Part shown: positions 29,843-32,431 of the stretch, one piece after another
Position numbering within the stretch: position 1 is the stretch's first letter
Layout of the letters: each line of letters begins with the position of its first letter
NCBI GenBank assembly: GCA_964525635.1
Contig: CAZGJX010000044.1
Span: 1-32,431, forward strand
Length of the DNA stretch: 32,431 bases
Direction: 5' to 3'
Origin: an uncultured archaeon
Lineage (GTDB): Archaea; Asgardarchaeota; Lokiarchaeia; Sigyniarchaeales; SOKP01
Notes under the pieces: model-generated
What the model was told of the DNA's origin: nothing
Database searches by the model: none
The model's input: only the letters and a program-made list of their open reading frames with translations
Translations under genes and position numbers: made by a program

Positions 29843-29895
29843 GATTAGATAATTAATTTTATTATGTTCATAATTTAAAAGTATTTAAAGAAAAA

Positions 29896-30165
29896 TCATG
29901 ATTTTTTAACTTCTTCCAAATATAATTTCATAAAGTATCTTTGACTTTTGCAAAAATCAGCTCTTTGAACATCTGAAAGACTTGAATTTGTTAGAATTAG
30001 CCTTATTTTCTCTAATATTTCAAGATAATCCTTAGTTGATTTCTTAGGCTCTCGCTTTATAACCACGTCAATTTTATTTCTTGGAGTATCTCGATCTAAT
30101 TTTGGGATTTCTAAATTGAACTTGAGTTTATTAGATGTCTCATCATGTCGAGCTTTAGAATCCAT
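29896..30165 (-). CDS. Hypothetical protein (89 aa)
   Basis: ATG-start ORF with a weak promoter motif at ~30191-30205. Confidence 0.5.
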   Translation of the reverse strand: MDSKARHDETSNKLKFNLEIPKLDRDTPRNKIDVVIKREPKKSTKDYLEILEKIRLILTNSSLSDVQRADFCKSQRYFMKLYLEEVKKS

Positions 30166-30403
30166 AATTAATTAAGATTAATTATAGAATAATAAAAAGA
30201 AAAAATAAATTAATTAAAATATATAATTTTATTAAATATATTAAAGTATATAGATATCCTGTATATTTGGAATATCTATAAACTTAATTTTATCTAATCT
30301 AATAGAAATCTAATAAGTATTTAAAATTGTAAAAATTATCTATTAAAATTAAAATTTAGCCAAGTATAATAAAATTATTAATTAAAATGTTTAAAAAAAG
30401 AAG

Positions 30404-31272
30404 TTGAGATTATTGTATAAATTACATTTAAATAAAAATCAATATATAAAATCTAAAAAAAATAAAGATTCCAATAAGTATAAACCAAAAAAAATAAGAA
30501 TCAATTCAAATTGAATTGGGGGTGTGTTTGCTTTAATATTTGGAATCTTAATTTTGTGGACTATAGATACAGAATTACCTTATAGGGAATGGACATTTTT
30601 ATTAATCATTTTAATTGTATCTTCTATTTTAATTTATCAATTTTTAAAAGAAAAGTTAGGATAGAGGAAAGCACTAAAAAAATTAAAAAAACTCCAATCC
30701 TCTAGATTATCTAGAGAGCTTAATTCAAAAGCTAATGAAAAAGAGTATTTTAATCAAGAAAATGAAGATCAATTATTATTAAAAAAACAAAAAGATTCTA
30801 CATTGCATAGTTATTGTGAGCATTGTGGACAACAAATAAAGAATATTCTCTTATTTTGTCCTTATTGTAATAATAGATTGAATGAGAAAATAATTAATAA
30901 GCATTTAGTTTCATTTAAAGGAATTGATTTACCTAAATATGAAGTAGATATCCTTACGGATTTAGAATTTATATTAGAAAGAGATTTCAAATTTGTTTCA
31001 GACAAAAAGTAAAAAGATGATCTTTCTTTTACAGTAGCTAATAATCATGTAAATGGAATTTCTATATCAAATACTAAATTAAAATTTATAATTGATATAA
31101 TTGGAGATCTCAAATTTCTTGAGTATCTTGAGTTACATTGTTCTTTAAAAACTCTACCTGAATCAATAGGGGGACTTATATTATTAAAAAAAATAGATTT
31201 AGCAAATAATAAATTAGGAGAATTGCCTGAATCTATAGGGAATCTTGGATCATTACAAAAATTAAAATTATT
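30404..31272 (+). pseudogene. Membrane + Zn-ribbon + leucine-rich-repeat protein pseudogene, truncated by IS630
   Basis: One frame with stops TGA 30512, TAG 30662 and TAA 31010 encodes 2 TMs, CEHC..CPYC and LRRs (LKTLPESIGGLILLKKIDLANNKLGELPESIGNL). Confidence 0.8.
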
Positions 31273-32329
31273 TATAACGAATTAAAGATTTTCTGATAAC
31301 TGCATAATTTTCTTATTTTTCTTGATTGTTTTTTAAATTTAAGAAAAAATCGTACAATTGCACGTAGAAATTTGGCGAAGGTCTCAAAAAAATGATTATG
31401 TGTTACTTTTTTCCGTAATTTTTTCCATACGCGCTCAATAGGATTCAATCGAGGAGAATAAGGTGGTAAATACATCAATTCCAACTTATTATGTCTTTGT
31501 ACAAATTCTTGAACCCTTTTTGCATGATGTGCTCGTGCATTATCTAATACTATGATAATTTTCTCTTTGTCTACATAATAATGAAGCAAGAGAGCTAAAA
31601 AAGAAATAAATTGTTCAGCCTTTAATGAGTCAGAAAACCCTACACATAAATCTCCTCCAAAAGGATCGACGACTCCAATGATATGTTGTCGCTTTCGACC
31701 TCCATACGTTGAAATTTCTGGTTGATGGCCCTTTAGTGACCACATTCGCACGATCGTAGGAGCATGTTGCACACTACACTCATCTAAAAATAAAATTACC
31801 GTATTTTCGGTAAGGGCATCGAATTTTTTTTTAATGCAACTACAAATTCTTTTTGACTTTCTGCGTTTGCTTTAGGAAATTTGTAGCGTGGTCGTTGAAG
31901 TGTGAAACTTAATGAATGGAGAAGTTTTTGTGCCGCACGAACACCGAGCTTCACACCAAATCTTTTCTTCACGTGATAAGCTACGCTTTTTCCTTCCCAG
32001 TTGCTAAACTCATATCCTAACGAGCGAGGGTCTGTCAAGACATCTGTTTTCAATAGTTCTTTTTGTGCTTTTGTTAGCCGAGAAGGACGTCCAGGGGGTG
32101 AACGAGGTTTCAAAGCGTCTATTCCTCCATTATTAAACAAATTTACCCATAATTGAATCGTTCTCGAAGATTTATGTAAGAGTTCTGCAACCTTTCCACA
32201 GCTTTTAAAGTCATGCATGAATATCAACGCCATATAACGCTCCCTGAGCTTAACATTTTTTTCTCTCTTGTATAATTTTAATAAATTAACACGATTAGGA
32301 GCACTTCGCATAATTTGAAGCTTTTGCAT
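31272..32329 (-). CDS. IS630 transposase, HTH ORF + DDE ORF joined by a -1 frameshift
   Basis: A9 run at 31824-31832; the -1 frame gives VILFLDEC; DNARAH and LPPYSPRLNPIERVW motifs. Confidence 0.9.
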
Positions 32330-32423
32330 AGTTTATATAAAAGTTGCCATTATTATGATATGAAGTGATATCCATGGATTATAAAAAAAGGAATAAGTAT
32401 CAGAAAACACTTAATTCGTTATA
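31273..32423 (-). mobile_element. IS630-family insertion sequence (complete)
   Basis: Ends TATAACGAATTAAAGATTTTCTGATA / TATAACGAATTAAGTGTTTTCTGATA (23/26, including the flanking TA). Confidence 0.92.
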
Positions 32424-32431
32424 AATAAATA

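Noticed and set aside
5518-30165. Provirus or conjugative integrated element
   Set aside because: No integrase, relaxase, capsid, terminase or att repeats visible.
30512-31012. Alternative genetic code or Sec/Pyl readthrough
   Set aside because: Three different stop types plus an IS insertion fit pseudogenisation better.

Overview
AT-rich archaeal window, most likely from an Asgard (Lokiarchaeia-like) genome. That assignment is inferred from the TFB, RadA/RadB, Hef, RPA, roadblock+small GTPase and Zn-ribbon/LRR genes. The core (~5.5-30.2 kb) clusters DNA recombination/repair genes (RPA, Fen1-like, RadA-like, RadB-like, Hef helicase) with a membrane-anchored HerA/VirB4-like ATPase, small pilin-like membrane proteins, an M50-like protease, an MglA/MglB-like pair and a TFB paralog. 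Many of these genes share an unusual TTTTTTC-TTTAWATA promoter motif. Main discoveries: (1) the radA frame break is explained exactly by a 31-nt insert (13663-13693) forming a canonical bulge-helix-bulge, i.e. a probable tRNA-endonuclease-type mRNA intron; (2) a family of ~120-bp MITEs with 23-bp TIRs and 8-bp target duplications, each inserted exactly 3 nt upstream of a TTTAAATA box; (3) two gene-carrying elements of the same family stacked at one target site. The flanks hold a partial IS1-like transposase, a large surface-protein gene with one in-frame stop, an LRR pseudogene and a complete IS630 element.
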